Assembly (NCBI GenBank): GCA_965204745.1 | Contig: OZ242010.1 | Coordinates: forward strand, 3,456,001 to 3,520,000 | Source of the DNA: Candidatus Latescibacterota bacterium | GTDB taxonomy: Bacteria; Latescibacterota; UBA2968 | Length of the DNA stretch: 64,000 nucleotides | Reading direction: 5' to 3' | Position numbers and translations under genes: made by a program | Shown here: piece after piece, positions 10,051 through 19,620 of the stretch | Layout: every line of letters starts with the position of its first letter | Numbering within the stretch: the stretch's first letter is position 1 | Notes under the pieces: model-generated | Told to the model about the DNA's origin: nothing | What the model saw: only the letters and a program-made list of their open reading frames with translations | Database searches by the model: none

Positions 10051-10195
10051 GTGTGACACTTTGCATCGAAATTCCTAAACCAAAGAAAGGGGTGAGTCCG
10101 ATGCACTAAGATGGCGCGCGTTGCAACCGATTCAGCTTTCGTTTGGGTTAAGCAGTTCCATTATTTTGCGGTTTTAGCCGCAGAGAGGAGAGTTT

Positions 10196-10915
10196 ATGAC
10201 ACGCACATTGCGTATTTTCCTTTTGGGTGTCTTGATGGCACTTCCGTCGGGAGAGTTGTTCGCCGACACCCATCAGAACCGATGGGGTATCGGGGGGTTT
10301 GTCAATTACCAAGTTCCCCTGTTCAATTTGAGGGACCGCTACGACCAGACGGGAAAATACGGTTTTAATTTGAACTATGTGGCGAGCAACCTGGTGACCG
10401 TCGAGGTGGAATATTACTATTCCAAATTCGACAATGGGAAACTGGCAACCACGCCCTTTACCTACCCGATTGACGGTCAAGACTACATCAGTCCCGATGC
10501 TTCTTCGACGATGACCTACAACAGCCTGTGCGTGAACGCGCTCGTCTTTGTGGGCGAGGAGAATCAACTACACGGGTTTCGCGCAAAGGACTATCGCCAC
10601 TACTTGGCTCTCGGCGGCGGCTTTTTCCGCTACAATGCCGAGAACCGCAATCTGGTATGGCCCGCCCAGACCAGCGAAGAGATCGATCTCACGGCTGCCA
10701 TGGATCCGCAAATTGACAAGCGCACGACTATCGCGCTGACCGCAGGCGCGGGTCTCGAGGCATTTGTGGTCGATAACATCAGCTTGGATGTGCGCGGGCG
10801 CTTAAACTTCGTGGTGGGCGAGTTGAGGCCCATGCTCTTTTACGGTCTGGAACGCACCCGGCCGTTGATGTCCTTTGACGTCGGCGCTGGCGTTAAGTTT
10901 TACTTTTGGCGTTGA
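10196..10915 (+). CDS. Outer-membrane beta-barrel protein
   Basis: Signal peptide; amphipathic strands; C-terminal GAGVKFYFWR. Confidence 0.75.
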   Translation: MTRTLRIFLLGVLMALPSGELFADTHQNRWGIGGFVNYQVPLFNLRDRYDQTGKYGFNLNYVASNLVTVEVEYYYSKFDNGKLATTPFTYPIDGQDYISPDASSTMTYNSLCVNALVFVGEENQLHGFRAKDYRHYLALGGGFFRYNAENRNLVWPAQTSEEIDLTAAMDPQIDKRTTIALTAGAGLEAFVVDNISLDVRGRLNFVVGELRPMLFYGLERTRPLMSFDVGAGVKFYFWR

Positions 10916-10950
10916 GCCGGAACCACACTCTTTCTTTAGGAGGTCGTGCT

Positions 10951-13900
10951 ATGAAGCACAGATTGTCGTTTTTTAATTTGCTGGCTGTCGGCGCATTCCT
11001 GCTCGCAGGCGCCGGCGATTCGTGGGCGCAACACGGAAAGGTCAACGGGGTTGTTCGAGATGCTGGCGGGGATCCGTTGCCGGGCGCCAATGTGGTGGTC
11101 AAAGGCGTGCAGCGCGGGGCCGTTACCGATGCCGATGGGTATTACGCCATCATCCAAGTCGATCCCGGGCGCGTGACCCTCACCGGGTCCCTCGTCGGCT
11201 ACGAGACCGTTCAGGTGCAGGATGTGCTGGTCATCGCGGATCAGACCATCACCGTGAATTTCACGCTCAAAGAAGCCGCTGTGGAACTCGGGGAACTGGT
11301 GGTGATCGCGGATCGCCCATTGGTGGAGCCAGACAAGACCACGAGCAAGTACACCGTGACGCTCGAAGAAACCGAGCGCATTTTGAGCCTCGTGCGGAAT
11401 ACCGCCGAAATTTTGCAGTTGCAACCCGGCGTGTCCGTCGACGGGTCCAACCGGTTGCGCGGCAGTCGCGTCGGCAACACGGCCGAAGTTCCGTGGGGCA
11501 GCGACGTGGCCTATATGGTCGATGGCGTGCGGATGAATTACAACGACGGGCGCGGCGCAGGCGGGCAGTTCCGAACCGTGAACCGCGGCGCCATTCAGGA
11601 ATTGTCCGTACTCACCGGCGTGACGCCTGCCGAGTTTGGCAATGCCCAAGCCGGCGTGGTGCAGATCGTGACCAAAGAAGGGGGAAACCAATACAATGGG
11701 TGGGCGGAATACCGCTATGAACCGGCCGGGAAAAAGCACTGGGGCGAAAATGTCTATGACTCCCCACAGCACCAAGACAAGATGCAGTGGGACAACCCCA
11801 CTTGGCTGACCGAACGGCGGCCCGATGTTTCGGATGATCCCATGCTGAAAGAACAGGTCGGCGAGCCCCTGCACACCCGAGAGGATTACACGGAGGTCGG
11901 CGGTTGGGACGCCGAGGCAAATGTTTCAGGCCCCATCGGCACGAACGTGTCATTTGTGGTCACGGCAAAACACAGCCGCTTGGCCAACCCCTTTCCGGGC
12001 TCCAAACAGACGGGGTTTTACAACGATACCAACACCTTTATCCCCACGGGGCCGGACAATCTCTCGCTTTCGGGGAGTTTCACCTTTAGGCCAACGCAGA
12101 ATTTGAAGTTGAAATTGGGCGGGCTTTACCAAGGTTACGAGTTTTGGTCCAACGGCGTGTCCGATCCGTGGATCCGCACGGCGGATTCCATTCCGGGCGT
12201 GCATCGCGGGCTAGGCGACAGCGGCAGGGATCTGTTCTTGCCCGCGAACTGGTCCGCAGCGGGCAAGCGCAGAGATCGCGAAGAGTTGCAATATCTGGTG
12301 GTGACGCACACGATCTCACCCAAAACGTTTTACGAAGTGCGCTTGTCGCGCAGCCGCTCAAAGACCGATACCATCGGCGTGTATCAGGCGACATCGGCCA
12401 ACAACAAGGGCGATGCCAACTGGTTTAACGTCGGGCGAACCGCGGCTCGCTGGAAGGTGGCCGACCGCAATCGGCTGGGGATCAAGGTGGATTTGACCTC
12501 TCAGGTGACAAAGGGCCACTTGATCAAGGCGGGGATTGAAGTGATGCGCCGCGACATCGCCATGACGATCATCGCCAACTCCAGCCCTGCGGACCGACAT
12601 CTGATGTTTGTCGCGGATCAGGGACAACTCGGCGAGGGCGTCAACCCCTATTCCATCAACACCTACGTGCAGGACAAGATGGAATTTGAGGGCATGATCG
12701 TGAACCTGGGGCTGCGGATGGATGCGTTCAATCCCAATACCCGCAGGATCACGCACGGTGGGTTCCGCGGTTCCGAGATGTTACGCACCTATACCCGAGC
12801 GCGCGATTACGCGTACCATGACGGATCGATCTGGTCCACAAACGCGCCGTGGCATGTGGTGTTTAGCCCGCGCATCGGGATTTCGCATCCCATCACCGAG
12901 CGGGCGCAGTTCCGCTTCTCGTCGGGCGTGTACTTGCAGTGGGCCGATCTGTGGTTCTACTTCGGCGAGGATTTCTGGGTCGCGGGCAAGGCCGAAGACC
13001 GAGATATCAACGGCAACGGCCGGATCGACGAGACGGAACGCTACAACAACTTGGAAACCACGTACAGCGGGCGAAACGGCTCGCACCTCTTGCGCCCGGC
13101 CAAAACAACGGCGTTTGAAGTGGGGGCCGATTGGAACTTCGTCTCGAATTACACCGCGGCGATAACGGCTTATTACCGGTCTGAAGTCGAGCAATTTACG
13201 TGGTATCCCAACGAAGACTGGCGGGGGCCGCGCGTCACCCACTTGCGCTATTCCCGCACGCTGGACAACGGCGCGTACGGCGATACCCGAGGCGTGGAAC
13301 TCGCGTTGCGAAAGCAGTTCAGCGACAATTTCTCATTCAATTTGTCCTACAACTACCAGTGGGCGTCGTTCACCACTGGGAAGCGCGGCAATGTCGTGCG
13401 CCGGGCCTACATGGATGAGAACGGCGTGAGGCGCGGCGCGGTCAATGTCGCCTATACGCATCCGGACCTCGGCGTGCCCGTGCCCGATGTGTGGGTCGAG
13501 TGGGACGCCCATCCCTCGGGCAGCGAAGTGCCGCGCATGATGTCGCAGGAAGATATCGACTTCTATGCCGAACGGGCGAATGATCGCTTCGAGGCAAACT
13601 CCGAGTCTCTCGCGTATGGCAATACCTTGGGCACGGGCGAGTGGGATGGCCCGCGTTCGGCCGAAGGCGTGCCCGAAGACAAGGGCGTTTATATCATTAC
13701 CGGCGGTTATAGCCAGTTGTTCCTCAAACCGCGTTCTGGAGATCGGCGGCAATACGGCAGTGCCTCGATGTTGGCTTCCTTCCCATCCGATTTCAACCGG
13801 GGCGGGGCCATCGTCAGCGCGGTCTTGCGGAATATGCGTATCAACCTGGTCACGCGGATTGAAACGGGCGGGTTGTTCCGCTACAGCCCTCCCGAAGGCG

Positions 13901-14187
13901 GCGTGCGCCCCTACCGCGAACTGGCGATGGACTCGCGCACGGACCTCGCGCTGGAAAGGACGTTTGCCATCACGTCCCGGATTCAAACCTCGGTGTTTCT
14001 CGATGTACGCAACTTGTTCGATCAGAAAGACCGAACCAGCCCGACCAACCGGAACGACTACACGTATTACGGGGTCGATGGCCCCCGACCGACCGACAGT
14101 ACCTACCTGCAATACGGCGACGTGCGCGACAGAACTTATGCACACACGCCGAGGTTGACGCAGGTGGGCGTGCGATTTAACTGGTAG
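10951..14187 (+). CDS. TonB-dependent receptor with N-terminal carboxypeptidase-regulatory-like domain
   Basis: GDPLPGANVVVKG...TDADG, AEFGNAQAGVVQIVTKEG, FSPRIGISHPIT, C-terminal PRLTQVGVRFNW. Confidence 0.92.
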   Translation: MKHRLSFFNLLAVGAFLLAGAGDSWAQHGKVNGVVRDAGGDPLPGANVVVKGVQRGAVTDADGYYAIIQVDPGRVTLTGSLVGYETVQVQDVLVIADQTITVNFTLKEAAVELGELVVIADRPLVEPDKTTSKYTVTLEETERILSLVRNTAEILQLQPGVSVDGSNRLRGSRVGNTAEVPWGSDVAYMVDGVRMNYNDGRGAGGQFRTVNRGAIQELSVLTGVTPAEFGNAQAGVVQIVTKEGGNQYNGWAEYRYEPAGKKHWGENVYDSPQHQDKMQWDNPTWLTERRPDVSDDPMLKEQVGEPLHTREDYTEVGGWDAEANVSGPIGTNVSFVVTAKHSRLANPFPGSKQTGFYNDTNTFIPTGPDNLSLSGSFTFRPTQNLKLKLGGLYQGYEFWSNGVSDPWIRTADSIPGVHRGLGDSGRDLFLPANWSAAGKRRDREELQYLVVTHTISPKTFYEVRLSRSRSKTDTIGVYQATSANNKGDANWFNVGRTAARWKVADRNRLGIKVDLTSQVTKGHLIKAGIEVMRRDIAMTIIANSSPADRHLMFVADQGQLGEGVNPYSINTYVQDKMEFEGMIVNLGLRMDAFNPNTRRITHGGFRGSEMLRTYTRARDYAYHDGSIWSTNAPWHVVFSPRIGISHPITERAQFRFSSGVYLQWADLWFYFGEDFWVAGKAEDRDINGNGRIDETERYNNLETTYSGRNGSHLLRPAKTTAFEVGADWNFVSNYTAAITAYYRSEVEQFTWYPNEDWRGPRVTHLRYSRTLDNGAYGDTRGVELALRKQFSDNFSFNLSYNYQWASFTTGKRGNVVRRAYMDENGVRRGAVNVAYTHPDLGVPVPDVWVEWDAHPSGSEVPRMMSQEDIDFYAERANDRFEANSESLAYGNTLGTGEWDGPRSAEGVPEDKGVYIITGGYSQLFLKPRSGDRRQYGSASMLASFPSDFNRGGAIVSAVLRNMRINLVTRIETGGLFRYSPPEGGVRPYRELAMDSRTDLALERTFAITSRIQTSVFLDVRNLFDQKDRTSPTNRNDYTYYGVDGPRPTDSTYLQYGDVRDRTYAHTPRLTQVGVRFNW

Positions 14188-14194
14188 CGGTTTA

Positions 14195-14223
14195 AGTGGG
14201 CGGGCCTCGCGCCCGCTCACCTT
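14195..14223 (+). terminator. Intergenic hairpin (stabiliser or terminator)
   Basis: GTGGGCGGGC-CTC-GCGCCCGCTCAC between the TonB receptor and the next gene. Confidence 0.45.
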
Positions 14224-14256
14224 ACCCTTTCCGAAACCCGAGATGGAGGGCGAGGA

Positions 14257-16668
14257 ATGACGCGATTTAAGATTTGTACAGGGTGGGTCGGACTTTTTGC
14301 TATCGCTGTTTTGGCGACCAATGCCGCGGCGCAATTCGACCCAAATGTGGTCCCGTTCAGGGAAAACACCAGGGCACTGATCACCAACTCGTGGAACAAC
14401 ATGGGCATCCAAGGGGGCAACCCCGAGATCAACCGGGGCGGCGACCGAAATGCCTATCCGCACAATGGCGCGGGGCCAGGCTCTTTCGGCCAAGTGTTGT
14501 CGCAATTTACGAGTGGTCCAAAGTCCCAGGTGTACAACGACTACAAGACCTCGATGGGCGATGGCTTGTGGATTTTGACGAGCGACGGGCAAATCAGCCT
14601 GACCGGCCCCAGGCCGTCGCCGTGGATCAAGGATTTTATTCGCCCATTGCCCTACGACCCGAGGGGCAACGAGGAAGAGAATTGGGGGGTGGTCAACCCC
14701 TTGCGGCTGTCCGACGGTTCGGCAAATATCATCGCCAGTTGGAGCGGCGGCGGCAACGAACCGTGGTTGTCTAATTACTGGCCGGGTGTGACGCCGTCGG
14801 ATTTTGGGAGTTACTTGGGCAACGAGTTCGACCCGTCTTCCACGGGCCCGGTCGTGATCGCCAATTACCGATTGGGCGAGTACATCGTGGACCAGACGAT
14901 CCCGGAAGAGACGATCATCACCCGATGGGTGCATATCAAGCAGGGCATTCAGGTGACGCGGCGGGTGTACAATTGGAGCCATCCGAACTTCGACGATTTT
15001 TATTTGGTGGATTTGACATTTACCAATACGGGTGACTTCGACGGGGACGGGCAGGAAGACGCCCCCGGTGCGACGGCGGCCCAGAACGATATGTACTTTG
15101 CATTTGTCAATTCCTGGGTGTCTGCGGCCATGGGCCTTCAGGAGGCCTTCGGTTGGGATGGGTACGTCACGGCTGGCAATGGGCGTGGCGTGGATGATAT
15201 TTATCATTTTTCGGACGCGGCCAACTACGGCGGTGCGTTCGCGCCCGGTTACAAGGCCAGCATTTTCCGCGATTCGGATAACCCGTTGACGCCGCACGAC
15301 GATACGGGCGACCCGTTCTTCCAGCGGTTGGGCGAAATCGACGTGTTGCAAACCGAGGGGCAACTCCGCGCGCCCCAACACATCGTGATGGCGCCCATTG
15401 CTTTTACCGACGATGCGGGCATACACGCCTTCAACGACCGCGACCGAGGCAAATACGTCCAGCCCCAAGGCGACCAACCCGTCTCGGCGCAGTGGTGGCA
15501 GGCGAGGTCCAAAAGCGACTTCGACGATCCCTATACCGAGAACGACACCGAGTCCGCGATGTATTCGGCCATGCTCAAAACCGGGATCAAGGACAACCCC
15601 AACGAGAACAATGTCGACGACCGGAAAATCTACATTTTCTCGCAAGTCTATGGCCCGTACACGTTGCAAGCCGGCGAAAGTGCCAAGATCGTCATGGCCT
15701 TTGTGGCCGGGCACCCGGCGCAGATGAAGAACGTGGACATCCTGACATGGGACCGGTCGAGCGACCCGGTGGAGACGAAGATCCAGGAGTTCAAAACCCT
15801 GGGCGAGCAGGCGGCGTTCGAGAATTTGCAACTCGCGCACTTTATTTACGACGCCAATTTCCACCATCCGCCCGCGCCGATGAACGCGTTTATTTCCGCC
15901 GATGATCTGACGTCCAGCGGCTTTGCCCGCCAACAGATTTCCTGGGCAGACGATGCGGACCGCGCGGTCAATCCCTATCTCGGCACGCAAGACATCGTGG
16001 GCTACCGCGTGTATCGCTCCACTTGGTTTGGGTGGGGCCCTTGGGAGTTGCACGACACGGTGCTCAAAGGCCAGAGCGGTTCCAGCGTCAATGGAAACTG
16101 GTCATTGTCCGGCGGGAAGTACACGTACGAGGATTTGGACACGGCAGCCGGGTTTGAGTATCACTACTCGGTGCGGCCCTACAACGGCGGCTACGGCAGT
16201 TGGATGGGCGGCGGAATGACCCTGGTGGATTTGCCCACGGGCAGGGCGCGCACCAATGCCTCGAGTGGGTACGAGAGCGGCTGGGGCCCGCCTACTGCAC
16301 GCACGTATGACGGGGACGACAGGCGCCCATTCCAGCCGACCACTTCGGAAACGGATCAACTCGACCGCAAAGTGTTGGTGGTGCCAAATCCCTATTTTGT
16401 GGATGGCAAGCACCAATATCCCAACAGCCGCAACCTGCGATTCGTCGGGATTCCGAGCAAGTGCAAAATCCACATTTTTTCGGCTTCTGGCGACAGGGTC
16501 TATACCATAGATCACGACAATCCGGATCGAGGCGAAGCGGCGTTTCGGCAAGTCACCTACAATTTGGCCGGCGAAATCCAAACCGGCCTGTACTACTTTG
16601 TGGTGGTGTCTGAAACCCAAGGCAGCCAAAACAAGATCCAGCGCGGCACTTTTGTGGTGATTAAGTAG
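14257..16668 (+). CDS. Secreted protein with Fn3-like and T9SS-type C-terminal sorting-like domain
   Basis: Signal peptide; GYRVYRS...YEDLD...YHYSV; C-terminal VVPNPY...IHIFSASGDRV...GLYYFVV...GTFVVIK. Confidence 0.8.
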   Translation: MTRFKICTGWVGLFAIAVLATNAAAQFDPNVVPFRENTRALITNSWNNMGIQGGNPEINRGGDRNAYPHNGAGPGSFGQVLSQFTSGPKSQVYNDYKTSMGDGLWILTSDGQISLTGPRPSPWIKDFIRPLPYDPRGNEEENWGVVNPLRLSDGSANIIASWSGGGNEPWLSNYWPGVTPSDFGSYLGNEFDPSSTGPVVIANYRLGEYIVDQTIPEETIITRWVHIKQGIQVTRRVYNWSHPNFDDFYLVDLTFTNTGDFDGDGQEDAPGATAAQNDMYFAFVNSWVSAAMGLQEAFGWDGYVTAGNGRGVDDIYHFSDAANYGGAFAPGYKASIFRDSDNPLTPHDDTGDPFFQRLGEIDVLQTEGQLRAPQHIVMAPIAFTDDAGIHAFNDRDRGKYVQPQGDQPVSAQWWQARSKSDFDDPYTENDTESAMYSAMLKTGIKDNPNENNVDDRKIYIFSQVYGPYTLQAGESAKIVMAFVAGHPAQMKNVDILTWDRSSDPVETKIQEFKTLGEQAAFENLQLAHFIYDANFHHPPAPMNAFISADDLTSSGFARQQISWADDADRAVNPYLGTQDIVGYRVYRSTWFGWGPWELHDTVLKGQSGSSVNGNWSLSGGKYTYEDLDTAAGFEYHYSVRPYNGGYGSWMGGGMTLVDLPTGRARTNASSGYESGWGPPTARTYDGDDRRPFQPTTSETDQLDRKVLVVPNPYFVDGKHQYPNSRNLRFVGIPSKCKIHIFSASGDRVYTIDHDNPDRGEAAFRQVTYNLAGEIQTGLYYFVVVSETQGSQNKIQRGTFVVIK

Positions 16669-16684
16669 AGGAGGAGGTATCATT

Positions 16685-17683
16685 GTGAAACGGAAAAATC
16701 TCATGCTCACAGCGGTCCTGGGCCTGCTGCTGATCGCCAGTCCCGTTCTCGGCCTTGAATCGGAAGGCGTCACCGGGATCAAAGGGGTTAAAAAGGTCAA
16801 CATCTCAGGCATGCAGTTTTTGAAAATCGGGCAGGGTGCTCGCGCCGTGGGAATGGGCGATTCATACACGGCGATTGCCGATGATATCAATGCCATTTTC
16901 TGGAATGGCGCCGGGCTGACCCACGTGGACCGGTTCGCCTACCAGGCCAACTACACGAAGTGGCTGGCCGGAACGGACCTGTATTCGGCGGCGGCGGTTT
17001 TCAATACGCATTCGTCTCGGGGCGAGGTGATCGGCGTCAGCTTGATCACGCAGCAGGTGGAACCCATCGAAGAGACCACCATTTTCCAGCCGAATGGCAC
17101 GGGGCAATTCATCGACGTGAACTACATGGCCGTGGGCGTTCTCTACGCCATCAAATTCACGGATAAGTTTTCGTTCAGCGCGAAGGCCAACTACGTGCAG
17201 GAAAAACTGTACACGCAGACGACCAACACGTTCACGGTGGATTTGGGCAGCCATTTCTACACCGGATTTAGAAGCCTGCGCGTGGCGATGTCGTTCAAGA
17301 ATTTCGGGCCGGATCAGAAATCCCGCGAAGAGGCATTTTCGTATCTGATGCCCCTGACCTACAACATGGGCCTCGCGGCCGAGGTCTATGGCGAAAAGGG
17401 CGATCCGACCTATTTGACAGTGGCCGCCGAGAGCGTCTTTCCCGTGGACTTCGAGCAACGCTATCACGTTGGCGCAGAACTCTGGTACCAAAACATGATC
17501 GCGGTGCGCGCGGGTTACAAGTGGAACTACGACCTCGAGAATTTTGCGTTCGGCGCGGGGTTTAAGCAAACAGTGGGCGGGCAAACCTTTTCGGTGGATG
17601 TGTCCTATTCGCTGCTGAAGAATATTGACGGCGTGGCTCTGTTCGATTCGCCGCTGCGCGTGTCTATCGGCGGCACGTTCTAA
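16685..17683 (+). CDS. PorV/PorQ family outer-membrane protein
   Basis: FLKIGQGARAVGMGDSYTAIADDINAIFWNGAGL signature; ends in F. Confidence 0.88.
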   Translation: MKRKNLMLTAVLGLLLIASPVLGLESEGVTGIKGVKKVNISGMQFLKIGQGARAVGMGDSYTAIADDINAIFWNGAGLTHVDRFAYQANYTKWLAGTDLYSAAAVFNTHSSRGEVIGVSLITQQVEPIEETTIFQPNGTGQFIDVNYMAVGVLYAIKFTDKFSFSAKANYVQEKLYTQTTNTFTVDLGSHFYTGFRSLRVAMSFKNFGPDQKSREEAFSYLMPLTYNMGLAAEVYGEKGDPTYLTVAAESVFPVDFEQRYHVGAELWYQNMIAVRAGYKWNYDLENFAFGAGFKQTVGGQTFSVDVSYSLLKNIDGVALFDSPLRVSIGGTF

Positions 17684-17787
17684 TCCCGCGATCACAGAGG
17701 CTGTACACTTTCGGGCGACTGCCGGGGTTTGCCCCCCTGCAATCGCCCTTTGTATTCTGTATCAAAATCAAATTCTGTACCCAAAAC

Positions 17788-19620
17788 ATGTTGCGCGATG
17801 ACAAGAAAATCTGGCCCCTCGTCGGCGTGGGATTCGCGGCCTTTGCGGTGTTTGCAACCACCTTGGGCAATGGGTTGGTCTATGACGATCACTTTTTGAT
17901 CGAGCGCAACCGGCTGATTCGCGACGCGGACCTGTGGGGGGTGTTGACCACGCATTACTGGGGTGGGTACGAAGACGAGGCCAATGCCAATGGACAGTAT
18001 CGCCCCCTCACGGTGCTGTCTTTTGTGCTGGATGGCTGGGGCGGGATTGAGGCGTTCCGATTTCACCTGACCAATGTGCTCCTGCACGTGGGCAACAGCC
18101 TGCTGGCCTATCTCCTTTGCGCGCGCCTAGGACTGCAACGCGGGGCGGTTTTTGCCGCATTGCTCTTTGCGGTGCATCCCATCCATGCCGAAGCCGTCGC
18201 GGGTGTGACGTTTGGCCGTGCGGATTTGTTGGCCGCGTTGTTTTCCCTGTCCGCCCTGTTATTGTACGCGCGTTGGCATCGCCGAGGCGGAGAAGCGCGC
18301 TACGGGTTGGCCCTCGTGGGGTTTTTTTGCGCCTTGCTTTCCAAAGAGAGTGCGCTGACCGCGCTGGGGTTGGTGGTGGTCGTTGACGTGACCTTTGTCC
18401 TGTCCAAACCGCGGCTAGGCGATTTGATACGGCAACGCGGCCCGCGCTGGGCCGGGTTTGTCGGGGTTTTTCTTCTGTATTTGGCCCTGCGAAAAGCCGC
18501 TGCGAATTTGGGGTTTTCAGCCGAAAACGTGCTCGCGCTCAACAATCCGCTCATCGATCAACCGCTCGATCACAGGCTCATGACCGCCGCTGGCCTGTTC
18601 TACGAGTACCTCGTTCTCGTCCTGTTTCCCGTCCAATTATCTGTGGATTATTCCGCGATTCCGGTCGTCGCGTCTCTGCTTTCTCTCGAAGCACTGACGG
18701 GCCTGGTCCTGGGCGTTGCGGGCCTTGTGTTGTGCGCGGGTGCTTTTTGGAGGTCCTGGCCTCGTGTTTTTTTTGGCCTGGCATTTTTCCTCGTGTCCTA
18801 TTCGGCGGTGTCCCAAACGCTCGTTTTGATCAACGCCATTTTTCAAGAGCGGTTTTTGTACCTGCCGATTTTGGGCTTGTTCGCGCTGGCCGGGCTTGGA
18901 TTTGAGCGCGTTCAAAAACGATGGGCAGTTGTTCTCGCCGGGTTGATCCTCGCGGGCTATGGCGCACGCACAGTGGTGCGAAATGCGGACTGGCACAGCG
19001 ATTTGACCCTGTACCGATCCGCGGTGGCAGTACATCCCCAAAGCGCGAAAATGCAGCACGCCCTAGGAGACGCGCTGTCCGAACGCGGTCGGGTTGCCGA
19101 AGCCGAGGCGGCTTACCAAAAGGCGTTGTCGATCCGGGAAGATGCGTTGACCTATAATAATCTGGGCAATCTTTACGCGGCAACGGGCCGGTTTGACCGG
19201 GCGGCGTCAGCCTATCAAAAGGCGGTCGAGATGCGACCGGACGATGCCGCCGCGTGGATGAACAAAGGGCTTGCAGCGATGCGGGCCGGGCAGGTGACAG
19301 ACGCGCACGCGGCTTTTGAACGAGCGGCTGTTCTCACTCCCGATAACGCAGAGGTTTTTTACAATTTGGGCGTTGCCCGCGAGGCCATGAACGCGCCGGG
19401 GCCTGCGGCTTCTGCGTATGCCCGTGCCATTGCGTTGCGCCCGGGCTGGGCAGAGGCGTATTTTAATTTGGCAAAAGCCCATCGGGATCATGGCGACAAA
19501 CCCGCGGCAATACGCGCTTACAGCCGCTTTTTGCACCTCTGGCGCGGGGACCCACAAGTGGCGCAGTTGGCACGCCGAGAACTCGAGACCTTATCACATG
19601 AAAAAATCCCCTCCCGATAG
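17788..19620 (+). CDS. TMTC-like (DUF1736 + TPR) protein O-glycosyltransferase
   Basis: YDD, YRPL, FAVHPIHAEAV, GRADLL, SKE, LSVDY, ERFLYLP motifs followed by TPRs. Confidence 0.88.
   Translation: MLRDDKKIWPLVGVGFAAFAVFATTLGNGLVYDDHFLIERNRLIRDADLWGVLTTHYWGGYEDEANANGQYRPLTVLSFVLDGWGGIEAFRFHLTNVLLHVGNSLLAYLLCARLGLQRGAVFAALLFAVHPIHAEAVAGVTFGRADLLAALFSLSALLLYARWHRRGGEARYGLALVGFFCALLSKESALTALGLVVVVDVTFVLSKPRLGDLIRQRGPRWAGFVGVFLLYLALRKAAANLGFSAENVLALNNPLIDQPLDHRLMTAAGLFYEYLVLVLFPVQLSVDYSAIPVVASLLSLEALTGLVLGVAGLVLCAGAFWRSWPRVFFGLAFFLVSYSAVSQTLVLINAIFQERFLYLPILGLFALAGLGFERVQKRWAVVLAGLILAGYGARTVVRNADWHSDLTLYRSAVAVHPQSAKMQHALGDALSERGRVAEAEAAYQKALSIREDALTYNNLGNLYAATGRFDRAASAYQKAVEMRPDDAAAWMNKGLAAMRAGQVTDAHAAFERAAVLTPDNAEVFYNLGVAREAMNAPGPAASAYARAIALRPGWAEAYFNLAKAHRDHGDKPAAIRAYSRFLHLWRGDPQVAQLARRELETLSHEKIPSR

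Noticed and set aside
13333-16053. 906-aa minus-strand ORF (also 3712-5385, 45272-46744, 40293-41387)
   Set aside because: Antisense shadows of well-supported genes in high-GC DNA, with no recognisable motifs.
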